From: Felis catus
Lineage: Eukaryota
Length of the DNA: 64,000 nt
Direction of reading: 5' to 3'
NCBI RefSeq assembly: GCF_018350175.1
Contig: NC_058368.1
Location: 11,222,001-11,286,000, forward strand
The notes below the pieces were generated by a model, which worked only from the letters and a program-made list of their open reading frames with translations, was not told the origin of the DNA and ran no database searches. How positions within the stretch are numbered: position 1 is the first letter of the stretch; every line of letters begins with the position of its first letter. Positions 51,817 through 64,000 of the stretch are shown in pieces. The translations under genes and the position numbers were made by a program.

Positions 51817-52970
51817 GATCCCAGCTCACTCTTGGAGTCCTAGCTAAAAATGGAGGTGGGGAGAGTCACTGCAGGGATAACCCAACAAAGAGATGACAAG
51901 GACTCAAATTAAGGTGGTAACAGATGTGTTGGCGAGGAGGGAGAAGTTTCAAATTCTTTGTTGGAGGTAGAATTGCCAGGATTTAGTTTCTACACTAGAT
52001 CCAGTCTGTGCTTTATTTTAACGTACGATAAAAACACGTATGATTATGTAGCTCATGCAAGCTGCTCAAAGAGAAAGATACAGAAGCAATTACCTGAGGA
52101 ACAGTGTTTTGAAATTATGTGTTGAATAGGAACTGTGCTCTTTAAATAGAATATTTGTGTTGAGGACAAAAGGGGACGGTCGCGTTATCTCTTGACAATA
52201 CTCATGTGATTTACTGCGCCAAGGTAACACAGAGGTGTTGCACAGCTACTTTGCAGAGCCTCTGTTGAATTTCATGGTTATTCCCAGGTTACAGATTGAC
52301 AGGCTTGGTTTTGTTTTGTTTTTTAATAAACTATACCATTTAGATGGCCAAATGACCTTGAATCACTTGAATGTACAAATCAGCATATAAGGAATGCCAC
52401 ACGGCCCACCGGAATACTGGGGTGGGGTGGGGGTGTTGGAGTGTCAGTTCATCTAAGTTTTCTAATGCAGCTTGTACTGCATTGTACTTGATCTTGCATT
52501 GTACTTGTGCTTGTACTTGATCTCTGTTGGCTGCTTTTGATTGTATTCATAGCCATACATGGTTTGCTCCTGCCATAGCAGACAAGAATTATCAATTGTT
52601 TGACTTTCTTTGGCTCTCTAGGGAGAGTAGTGTGCCTTCTGAGGCCATGTATACTTGTATAAATCCTTCTAGGAGGAAGTTTCTCCCAGTCATAGGCAAG
52701 TTGATGACATAGTTTTGTGTGTTTTTATGCCAACTCAAACTCCATCCCATTAAGCTAGTTGAATCAGATTGTCCCAACACCTCCTTCCCTGCCCTTATAT
52801 GATGAAACTTCTGGAAGTTGCAATAACTTTTATGGGCTGCCAGGGCATGGCAGTAACTATTTCAGAGTGCCGTAGTGTGCTCTGGTAACAGTAAATAATG
52901 GCATATGATATGTCATCACTTAAGAAAATAATGCAGACATGCACCTAACTCGATTTAAAAAACCTATACT

Positions 52971-53096
52971 GGGGGCGCCTGGGTGGCTCAGTGAGTTAAG
53001 CATCTGACTCTTGATCTCATCTCAGGTCATGATCTCATGTTTCATGAGATGGAGCCCCCCATTGGGCTCTGTGCTGACAGCATGGAGCCTGCTGGG

Positions 53097-53145
<49 letters not shown>

Positions 53146-53210
53146 GCCCCTCCCCCACTCATGCTTACACACACACTCCCTCTCTCTCTCTATCCAAATA
53201 CATAAAAATT
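52971..53210 (+). mobile_element. Can-SINE
   Basis: TSD tttaaaaaacctatactg. Confidence 0.93.
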
Positions 53211-54041
53211 TTAAAAAACCTATACTGTCGTGTGTACTCTCAATTTTCTGAATATTGCAAAATAATGCACTTAAAACTAATTTATAATTATATATTCACC
53301 ACACAGTATTTCAGGAAGACAGGTCAGCATGTCAACAAATTCCACAAAGTCTCCTTAATAATGAAGATTATTCAAAGTAGAAGAACCTACTTGAATATAG
53401 TCGAGAACAGAGATAATAATTCAAGCCAAGAGGTTATGCAGTAATAAAACTCCATTCATATAGTTACGTATTTAAATATTTCCATCCCCTTCCAATTTGG
53501 GAGCTTAAAGTTACTGCATCCCAGCATGCAATTGGGTGAGGAAAGTAACTGTTTCCCTCTTATTTGGTTAAGGGAGGTTTTGCGGCACAGGTGGAATTTT
53601 TAAAAGGTCTTTGAAAGAGAAGATGGGTCAGTAGGATTGGGAAGAAAAGGAATGTCAAGTAAAAGAGTGTGTAGTTCAAAGTGGAAGAAGCAAAGGAAAA
53701 GAGGACTTGATGGCTGGCCAGAGCAGATGGAAGGGGATTCCAGAACTGCCTGTTGGAATAAAAAAGCAGCTCACTAAAAACTCATACGCACACTTGCCAG
53801 TTTCGCTTTCTATTTAAATATTGAGCCCATTTTCCCCAGCACTTGAATTCCTGCTGAATTTTCAGGTGGATATTGACTCCAAGACACTAAACTACATGCA
53901 CATGATGGAAAGATTCTATAAATCAAAATAGCGGTGCGCTTGTTTGGCTAATGGGAGTCTGTATTAGGAAGTCACAGTCTTTTCTACAGTATCACCAGGT
54001 TTCCTTCCCACAGAGATGTGGTTTTAAAAAATTAAAGATTT

Positions 54042-54167
54042 GGGCTACCTGGGTGGCTCAGTCAGTTAGGCGTCCAGCTCTTGATTTCAGCTCAGGTCAT
54101 GATCTCACGGTTCATGGGATCGAGCCCCACTTCAGGCTTTATAACAGTGCAAAACCTGCTTGGGATG

Positions 54168-54224
<57 letters not shown>

Positions 54225-54315
54225 CCTCCCTCTCTCTCCCTCTCCCTCCCCCTCTCCCTCTCCCTCCCAGTTCCCCACCCCTCAGAATAAATAAACTTTA
54301 AAAACTTTTTAAAAA
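54042..54315 (+). mobile_element. Can-SINE
   Basis: Head plus long (CT)n and tail. Confidence 0.9.
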
Positions 54316-55019
54316 TAATTAAAAATTAAATCATTAAGAACCCACTGTATGCAAAACAATGCAGTAGAAGCCTGGGTGAATTGCAAAGAAGTGTGAGGTA
54401 TTTACCCCAAGGAGGCAGGCAAGGTGGAACTCCATGAGATATTTAGTAAGAATGATGATGGCCATACAGGAGCTATTACAAATAGGTGTGGGATTAATTG
54501 TAATGTGGATGGTAATTGTGCTAAAGGATTATTAAGATGTTTAAAAATCTGTTCCCCGGTTTTATATTTTGGTTTTATATGGATTCGGGCGCCATGTGGA
54601 AGCATTTAATATCAGAGAGATCCTTTATGGTGTTTTTGCTTCTCAACTTCTAGGAAGCAATCTGGTATAGTAGAAAGAACACAAGATTCTGGGCCAGAAA
54701 AGCTGTATTTGAGTCCTTTGCTCTAGCATTTCTTGGGTGTGCGATCTTAGACAAGTTAATTTTCTCAGCTGTCAAGTGGGGATAAAGGTAATCACCTCTC
54801 AGTCCCTCCCAACCTGATACTTTTTAAAGTGATTAATACATGTTGGCTTATTAAATCAATAAATCAATATTTTTACCATTTATTTGTGAATATATCTGAC
54901 TCCTGGCATTTACTAACTCATGAATATGCAACACTGTGGCTTTTCTTAATGGCTTTCCATGGTCATTGACAAGAATGGTTTCCCATATATCTGTCTTATA
55001 AAGCAATAATTGGTCTTGA

Positions 55020-55675
55020 GAACAGCATGTAGAATAGAAACATAATGCAAGACACATGCAATTTTAAGTTTTTTAATGGCCACATTAAACCGAGCCTTAA
55101 AACATCTGAAATTAGTTTTGATAAATATTTTGCCTAAATCAATATATCAAAAATATCATTCCAATATGTAATCAGCATAAGATTATTAATAAGTATTTTA
55201 CACGACCAGCACATCTGAATTTGGACATCAAATTGGTCAAAATATTTATTTTGATTTCATAAAATTTATGCTTAAATACAGTCTCCCATATGCAATTCTT
55301 ACAAACATACCTAAATTTTTCTCAATAACTGAATCAAGCCTCACGTTTTACATTTCAATTTAAATTTTTTTTTCAACGTTTATTTATTTTTTTGGGACAG
55401 AGAGAGACAGAGCATGAACGGGGGAGGGGCAGAGAGAGAAGGAGACACAGAATCCGAAGCAGGCTCCAGGCTCCGAGCCGTCAGCCCAGAGCCCGACGCG
55501 GGGCTCGAACCCATGGACCGCGAGATCGTGACCTGGCTGAAGTCGGACGCTTAACCGACTGCGCCACCCAGGCGCCCCCATTTCAATTTAAACAAATTAA
55601 AATTCAGTAACTCCTATGCTCTGGCCACACTTCAAGTGCTTTATTGCTCTATGTGGCTAGTATGAAACAGCACAG
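55020..55675 (+). mobile_element. MER33/Charlie1-like hAT element interrupted by a SINE
   Basis: aatagaaacataatgcaagacacatgcaattttaa at the start and gccacacttcaagtgct...tatgtggctag at the end. Confidence 0.65.
55365..55578 (-). mobile_element. Young Can-SINE (SINEC_Fc type)
   Basis: TSD catttcaatttaaa. Confidence 0.95.
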
Positions 55676-56587
55676 GTAAAACTGTCTTCAATTGTTTTTC
55701 AGTAAGATCTTGGTCTTTTAGGCATTTTGTCATTTCATAATATCAAAATAAAGACCTTCCAAACTTGTACTCATTTTGGGAGATGCCTTATACTGACTGT
55801 GCTTAGCGCTGACATCTGACACCCAGCTTCTCATTCTGCCTGCTAGATTTACGAGATCTCCTTTGAATGAAACTCTCTAGATTAGCCTCAAGGATGTTTA
55901 GTTCTAAAATGCTGCAGAAGAATTGTTGGTTTTCCATAGTATAAGTCTGAATTTATCATATGAATATCTGGGTCTCAGGCTGCGTGACTTACCCAAGGTC
56001 TCGCGGCTAGTTGTGTGGCAGAAACAGCCCTTACACACGGACGTATGGATCCATGCTGCCATGGAATCTGTATTTTGCTTCCTTTAGGTGCAGGTGTGTT
56101 CCTGATGCACTGCCTTGGACGCAATGTCTTACCTGAAGGAGGACCCTTTGTTGGGCCATGTTTTTGGGTTCTCAGAAATATTAATAACCCCAAATACAAG
56201 GAGAACGTGTTGCAGACTGAGTTGCCTAAAAGACTCCTTTGGCAGAGCAAGGTTATGAAGACGAAAGCATTGGGGGACAAGGATTCCTTAGTAGTAAAAA
56301 GCCTCGTGCCTTCTCCCCACTCCTTCACTGCACTTGTAAAGGCAAAATTTAACTTGGCAGAAAAACAATTATAGCCTCCAGAAGAGTGGTACTCTTACTA
56401 CATACATTGCTATGTATAAATTTCTCTTCTAGAAATTTTTCTTTGCCTCTAAATAAAACCAGTATAGATGATTCATTGAATGGAAACGGACATGGGATAT
56501 TTAGCTACATGGGTCCCTAACATTAAGTGTAGCCTGTTCTTAGACACTGTTAGTCTTTTGGGTTTTTTTTTTTTTGAGCTGAAACAT

Positions 56588-57265
56588 ACTTTTTATTTAA
56601 TTTAAATTCTAGTTAGTTAGCCTACTGCAGTATTGGTTTCAAGACTAAAATTCAGTGATTCATCACTTACATGTAACACCCAGTGCTCCTCCCAGCAAGT
56701 GCCCTCCTTAATGCCCATCACCCATTTAGCCCATCCCTCCCACACCTCCCTCCATCCACCCTGTTGGTTCTCTATCATTAAGAGTCTCTTATTGTTTGTT
56801 ACCCTCTCTCTTTTCTCCCCCTTCCTATGTGTTCATCTGTTTTGTTAAATTCCACACGAGTGAAATCGTATGGTATTTGTCTTTCTCTGATTGACTTATT
56901 TTGCTTAGCATAATGCACTCTAGCTCCATCCACATCATTGCAAATGGCAAAATTTCATTTTTGTTGATGGCTGTATATACAATGGAATATTGTATATGGT
57001 GTGTGTGTGTATATATATATAGAGAGAGATATAGATACACACACACACACACACACACCACGTCTTATTTATCTGTTCATCAGTCAATGGACACTTGGTT
57101 TCTTTCCATAGTTTGGCTATTGCTGATAATGCTGCTATAAACTTTGGGGTGCATGTACCCCTTCGAATCTGTATGTTTATATCTTTTCAGTATATACCTA
57201 GTGGTACGATTGCTGGATCAGAGAGTAGTTCTATTTTTAACTTTTTGAGGAGCCGCCGGACACTG
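56588..57265 (-). mobile_element. Carnivore L1 3' end (3'UTR and ORF2 end) containing a (TG)(TA)(GA)(CA) microsatellite
   Basis: The minus-strand translation KNEILPFAMMWMELECIMLSKISQSEKDKYH is typical of the L1 3' end, and the 3'UTR is similar to 473-810. Confidence 0.92.
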
Positions 57266-58204
57266 TTGAATTCTATACACTTTCTTACTGAGTGGCCAAA
57301 AAGGCTCTGAGCTTATCTCCTGAGCTCCTGGCATTAACCATGTCACTAGAGTTTATATACTTTATAGGAAAGGTTCATGCCTTAAGTCAAAACTTCAAAT
57401 TCAGAAATTTTGGTTCAAAGGATGCTCTCTTCGGTGCAAGTATTTACTCTCATTCTGGCTATGCTTGCCTGACCTTCGGTGAATGAGTCTATCAGAACTG
57501 AGTTCCCACAGTCAGATTCATTTTATTAAGTATTTAGATGTTTGGGATGAAAATATGAAAATCCTTCAGAAGTTTTCGCCCTCTGTTGACACCACGTCCC
57601 TTAGCACACATGCCACTCCCACGTTTTTGTTTTTTGTTTTTTTTTTGTGGGACACTATTCAGAAATGTCTTTATGGACTATTAATGGACTCCAGGAGGTT
57701 GACTCTAAAGTGCATGGCATTGCCCTGCCTTTGTTGGCCTTGTCATTAATTGTGCGAGTGCTTTTAAGAAATCTTGCATCCATCCAGTGATCATTTGTTA
57801 CATCTTGCCTTTTGATTTAGTGCATCCCATTTGCTGAGGGTTTAAAAATTAAATAAGCCTACTTGAATTGTGTGCAAATAAAAGTCAGACCGGAGTGAGA
57901 ACTTGTGTCAGTCCGTGTATAAACTACTTGGAGTTTGGATTGATATCTATTTGGGGCAGAGAAAAGGAACCTGTGAGGCTGTTTTAAGGTAAGAAACAAA
58001 ATAAAAACAGAATAAGCAAACCCGAAGATTTTTAGGCTTACTTCCTGATGCTTCATTATGTTGGAAGTTGTAGGTTTGAGGTTAGCAGCTTGATAGCTCT
58101 GTTCAGACAGTAACTATTTTAAACTTGCCTCTGCATTCCTCTGTCTAGGGAGACAGTTACAAGATCCTCAATTATCATTTATTATTATATGTTCCCAGAG
58201 GCCA

Positions 58205-58350
58205 TCAGTAGCTTTCAAACCTGGCTGCGCGTCAGAATCACTTATGGAGCCTTTAAAAAAGACAGACTCTAGCCTCACCAGAACCTGAGATTCTATAGGT
58301 CTTTATGAGGCCCTGGAATCGGTACCTTTTATAAAGCTCTCCAGCTTTGG
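58205..58350 (+). mobile_element. MER5A-like hAT-Charlie element
   Basis: cagtagctttcaaacctggctgcgcgtcagaatcac...ggagcctttaaaaa matches the recalled MER5A pattern. Confidence 0.75.
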
Positions 58351-60217
58351 GTAATTTCGGGGCTTTTGTCAGGCCCATCCTCCCGCCCCAAATAAATGAG
58401 TTAAATTCAAGAAACAAGATCAACACAATAGCTGTCCAAAATAGTATAATTTAAAGACTGTAGGCAGGGGAAAGATCCAGTTAGGGATTATGATTATAGA
58501 ACAGGGGAATGTTTGTAAACTGATTAATGGAAGTCATGGGAGAAACTTTTTGCAGAAAAAGCATTTAGAGTATTTAAGAACATGTAACATGTAAGTCCTT
58601 TCACTTCCCATTCACATGGAATCCCTTCTGATTCTCCTCCCCAAGGCTGGGTTTAAGTCCACCGGTAATTTATAAGAGAACGGGTGATACCTGGAGGCTT
58701 AAAGAGAGCCTCGACGTAGGTTCAGACCATCTGTACCCAACAAGCATCGCACGCCTATTGGTGGATCACTGCTTTTTAACAGTGGCTTGGTTGCAGAGGC
58801 GGCCTGTGCCAAGACAAGCCAGTATTTTCCTAGAGGTCTTCCTGGTAAACATTTTCAGGTCCGTTTGTTTGCCACATAGGTCTTGAGGCAACGACATCCT
58901 TGGCAAAAGCTACCTACAACTCGAAGCCTCTTTGATAGACACTGCTTCCAAGCACAAAGACACATTGTCTTCTAGGGGTTCTGCGATGTTATTATGGTTC
59001 CTACAGGGAAGAGGCAAGGCTGAAGGTGAGGTTTGCTTATGTTGTACTTAATTCCTATGTTTTACTTGATTCCTACTTTAAGACAGCCTCAGAGGTTCTT
59101 TGTCTCTGAAAGATTTATTAATGCAGATGAATGGATATGTTCTGTACTATGGTATATCGCAGAAAAATAGTGAAAAGACATCATCCTTGTGACACTGGCA
59201 TCTATTGTTAACTGTATTTCATGCCGTATTTCAAGATCATACTTTAGCACTTGTATTTACTAAATGTCCAGAAATTTCCAGAACTAATAGATACATTGTC
59301 ATGCATATAAAGTGTAACTACTTTATTAGTGAAATGTTTCATTAACTGTATCACAAACTAGTTCTAAAGCCTCAGTGAGAAATATTGGATTTATAAGACC
59401 CATGATTAAAAAAAAAAAAACAAGAATCCTCATCAACTTAAGTTTCTTATCACTTTAGGGTTTTGAATGATATAGGTAGTGTTAAATATGATTTTAAATG
59501 CTGGCTTTTTTCTTCAAACTGGAAAAAATTTCTTGGTTGGTGTCTAAAGGATATTTATTGCTTCCTCCCATAAGCAAGTAGTATGGGTTGACATTGACTT
59601 TAAGGAAGGTGAATAGACTGGTAAGCTACATTGAATGAGAATGGTTATATGATCTAACCTTCATGCTAATAAAGTAGCTATCAGTCAGCCAGTAGCCCAA
59701 GAACAATCTTTCCTGAAGCAGTGAGGTTAACTAAAGACACCCAGGAGCTTCCCTGCCACTTCTAAGCTTGTAAAGGTAGATGTATTGGGTTTGGACTTTC
59801 ATTCGCTCTTAAAAATATTTGCGGTCATGCCACCAGGCCACCCAGAAACAGAAAGGAAATTTTTATGAATATTAGATGAACTGTTAAAGTAATAATTTAA
59901 TTTAGATTTGAGGGTTATTATGGAACTATCAATTAAACATGCCTGTAATCCAGTTTATTTATTAAATTTAGATTATATTAATGTAGTTTAAAATGCATGA
60001 CATTTATTTAGCATCATCAGAGAACAAATGAGCTCTGAGCAAACTTCTCCCAGTCGTGAAGTTTAACCCTTGAAGTGTCAAAACATTTTAGCTCAATAAT
60101 TTTGAATAGGATTCCTTCCATTAATTACTTTATTTTCTATATTATATCTGTGACTATGGGGTGCTATCATAATTTAGATCATCAGCACATGTATGAATTA
60201 TTAAAGACTCTATAATA

Positions 60218-60440
60218 GGGGCGCCTGGGTGGCGCAGTCGGTTAAGCGTCCGACTTCAGCCAGGTCACGATCTCACGGTCCGTGAGTTCGAGCCCCGCGT
60301 CGGGCTCTGGGCTGATGGCTCAGAGCCTGGAGCCTGTTTCCGATTCTGTGTCTCCCTCTCTCTCTGCCCCTCCCCCGTTCATGCTCTGTCTCTCTCTGTC
60401 CCAAAAATAAATAAAAAACATTGAAAAAAAATTTAAAAAA
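60218..60440 (+). mobile_element. Young Can-SINE (SINEC_Fc type)
   Basis: Near-consensus copy with an imperfect TSD (aaagactctataata / aaagactctaatata). Confidence 0.95.
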
Positions 60441-61149
60441 AAAGACTCTAATATATGGTTACCTTTGGAGCTCTTAAAATGTTAAGGGTCAACTCTTGAT
60501 ACTAAATTACCTGTCGGTTCTTACCCTTCATAAGTTTTATGTCTGCTTTTTGTTGCTTCTGCTTTTTCTATCAGCCATCAGCTGACAACTGTCACTCAGC
60601 TGTCAGCATGCCTGACTTTAAGAGCCTTCACCCATCCATGATTTGTTGCTTTTAATCTAACAGAAATCTAACATAAATTGAAATTAGGGTGTTAGAATAG
60701 TGTCCACCATAGGAGACATAAGCTCTGTGTGGAGATGGATGGGGTGAGATGGAAACTCAGTATCAAAGACTCTGAGCTTTAATAGAAGGACTTCGTGCCA
60801 TCTGTTTTGACTATAAAGACACCTTCGATTATTCATTAATTCAACTTTTACTAGGCCCTAGGGACCCAAAGATGAGAACAATGTGGTTCATGCCCTTTGG
60901 ATGCTCCCCCAAACCAGTAAGTGCCTGGCTACCACAGAAGGATGAATAGACTGTGGAGGGCATTGAATAAGACTGTAATCTCTGGAATTCAGCTGGGTCT
61001 TGAATAGGTGAAATTTCTGGGTAAAAAAAAAAAAAATGGATTATCTGAGGGTTGTTCTTCAATGTATACAAAGGCAAATACACTAAGGCAACCACTGCTT
61101 AGAAGTTTCAATTCATGTTAAGGAAAGTACTGGAATAAAAATTAATAAA

Positions 61150-61310
61150 CGCAGTGACCCTGGGAGTCCGACAAAGCTGCCTCTGAATGACCTTGGACAT
61201 TCTTATTTTTATTCCTTTCCATGGACACTGAACCAGAGGTGTTAATGCCTACCTTATAAAGTTGCTGTGAGGGCCAAATGAAATGTTATGTGAAAAGTGC
61301 CCAGTGGAGT
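61150..61310 (+). mobile_element. MIR fragment
   Basis: tgaccttggac...aatgcctaccttataaagttgctgtgagg...aaatgaaatg. Confidence 0.65.
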
Positions 61311-64000
61311 ACCTGAATCCAGTTCAGTACCCCATTAATGTTCTCTTTCCTGCCTTTTTGGTTTTTTTCATTTTTTGTTTGTCTGGTTTTTTTCACTTCC
61401 CTTAAATGTTGTTTGGTAAAGGGTATCTGTAAAGAGTGAAAAATAAAATGACAAATACTGCTTTTCATATTTCTATCAGGCTGTTTTGAGTCATGTTCTT
61501 TTAATTGAATGACAGTCACATCATTTGAAAGGCTGGTCTAATAATAGCACCAGAGATTCTAAGCTGACAAAGTGCAAATTTTCAGTCAAGTCTTGATTCC
61601 AATTTAGATGTGGAAAGAAGAGAGTTGAAAAAGAATCCTTGTTACTCAAAACACAGATACCTCCATAGGCACACTCTCATATTATAATTGTTTGGACCCC
61701 TTTTTAGTAAAAAATAAACCGAATGCCACACGTGCACATTAGTCCACTCCTTAAAAAAGGTTATAAACCCTGAATATGTAAGACTCAGTGGTACCGTGGG
61801 GCATCTTTGCTCACATTTCGCTTGCCTGAATCACTTGAAGTGTTCATCTGGGTAATCTGGACTTTTTTCCCCCCTTCCTGTGAAACGCTTCAGTTCATCA
61901 ATCAATTCCCCATACCGTGCTGTTTTGTAATTCCAATCTATATTGCTAAAGAAAACCTTCAGTGACCCTGAGTAAATCAAGAATAGAAAACGACTTGGGT
62001 TTCGTGCTCTTTGCGGCTATGTTAGTGAAGAAATAGATTTTCACTGACCCTCATTAAAGTCTTCTGTCGGAAATCATGCCCATTGAAAGATCAATTAGTT
62101 ACACTTTTATTTTGTTTTCAAGTGACTACATTTTCCTTCTCGGTCTCTTCACTGGTCTCAATCTGTTTTCTTTTGGAGGTGAAATGCCTAATGTTCACCA
62201 ATATTGGCTTCTTCTTGGTCTTATAAATTAAGTTTTTAACAAGCTGATTTCAGCTGTGCTTTCAAATAATATGACTCTAGATTTAAACCCAATCACTTTT
62301 CTTTACTAGTTGCATCAACAGATGTTCAGCGTTTCATTTTTCCTTAAGGGTGTATGGTTTCTCACTGACTCTTGGCTTCAAATAGGGATTCTCTGCTATT
62401 GGTTTTGTCTGTAAGAATTTAAGCTGTTTAAAGCTGTTTGTACTTGTGGCCAAAAGCTCCTAGTTCCCAAAGCAACGGTTTATCACCCACCCCGTGTTAT
62501 CTTTGCTCTTACGTTTCTTCAGTCACAGGAACACAACAGCACCGGTGGGTTAGATCTGTGGGTAACGCATGTGTTCGGTAGGCATGGACTGTTTATGACG
62601 AGCCATGTGGGTCGGGCTCATGTTCCTGGAGTGCCCTGAGCGGCTTTACTAATCTGTCAGCATAGTATGTTCTCGTGGATAAATATAGACATACGCGCAC
62701 TCTGTGAGTTGTAGGTCACTGTCGTACTGTGCAGCTAAAAATTGTCCCATTGGTATGAAGAGTCTGCCCTGGACGGAAGGCCTGTTTTAGTTTGTCTTCT
62801 ACTGTAGGTCTTTAGCACCTGACTAAAAATACACCTTGGGCCAAAAATAAGAGAGCCCTACCTTGCCGCTGAGACACTTATGGTGCCAGCGAACAACAGG
62901 ACCATGGAGTCCGTCATTATGTTTTTTTGCTTTGGAACATAGTCTGTGTAGCAGTTCCAGACTGTTCGTTTGGGTTCCTTTTCAGGCTCATGGAGATTAC
63001 AACAGCTTGTTGGAGACGATCCTGTGTGATCAGCTTCATAAAAGGGCTTGGTAGGTATGAAAGGCTGTTAGCATGTATGGCGTGGATCGTTGTTCAGTTA
63101 AGTGCTGAATGTAGGGAAGATTCTCCTAAAGGTTTCAATGGATGGGGCGGAGTTGGGGGGGGGGGCAGTTGCATCTGCATGTGGAGATTTACTTATGATG
63201 TCACTGTTCTGAGGCAGGAATAATGCTTTTTAAGTTTCTGTTTGGGATTGCAGCATTTCAGAGGTGATTTTTTTGTATATAAGTCTATGGAACAACAAGC
63301 TGTGACGTAATGGAATTTTTCTGTGCACCGAAGTTTCACTAAAAGATTTGGTACGATTATCTGTGCTGCAAAATTGCAATCTGAAAAATAGCTTAGTATT
63401 TGGAAGATAGTTAATACCACTGCATTTCATATTACAACAGAGGTAGGATTTAGGCTTGATTTCTTCTAAATATTAATGTTGCAAATACTCAGTTATTTTG
63501 TTTAAAGCATTGAAATAAACCTGAAGCAGTTTTTCCTTTGTTTTTGGCTTAGCCTTCTCCAACAAGAAAACAAATAAAATGTTTTCTTTTATTGTGTATG
63601 AATTAAAAACAGGATAGGATGGGTAAACCAACATTAAATGGGTCCAAATTGCATACCTGTGCTTTTCCTTTATCAGAGTAATAGCCTGGTTATATTAGTT
63701 CTAGCATAACCTTGTAAGAAATATTGTACAAGAGTTCAGAAAAATTAATGAGAGGAAATTCCATGACACAGGGTTCATTACATGCATCTTAGATATCGAC
63801 CGTTTAACTTTCGATTTAATGAAGGTAGGAAAAGGAAATTTGTAGATAGTAAGGACACAACATATTGCTCTAATAAAGGAGAAACATTTTGTTTATTAAT
63901 GATTTGGGAGATTTAATTACTTGTTAATTATTCTTTTGCACTATCTTTAGTGAAACTGTTAGATATTTACATATGATACAATTCGGTTTGTAGGAATAAA

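Noticed and set aside
56825..57061. L1-like peptide as an expressed gene
   Set aside because: It is a truncated L1 remnant interrupted by a microsatellite, with no RT or endonuclease domains.
56543..57267. gacactgtt repeated on both sides of the L1 fragment as a possible TSD
   Set aside because: The second copy overlaps what appears to be L1-derived sequence and the first is well away from the tail, so it is not a convincing TSD.

Overview
Mammalian genomic DNA of a felid (cat family), judged from about 31 tRNA-derived Can-SINE copies, nine of them near-identical young SINEC_Fc-type elements. The only protein-coding sequence I can support is the 70-nt first coding exon of FRY (furry homolog), 32519-32588 on the + strand, which reads [23 protein letters not shown] and is followed by a GTGAGT donor. 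It lies in a GC/CpG-rich promoter and 5'UTR region at about 31.85-32.55 kb. The first ~32 kb is upstream sequence and the last ~31 kb is FRY intron 1; I could not find exon 2 in the window. The remainder is interspersed repeats (Can-SINE, L1 3' ends, L2, MIR, MLT1, hAT MER elements) and micro/minisatellites. All ORFs in the supplied track look spurious, and the real exon is below the track's length cut-off. I see no novel gene system. The most interesting signals are regulatory: four uORFs in the FRY leader flanked by a possible cryptic donor and a branch-point/acceptor, nested and inverted SINE structures, and a few motif-carrying tandem repeats. Repeat family names come from recalled consensus sequences, and boundaries of old repeats are approximate.
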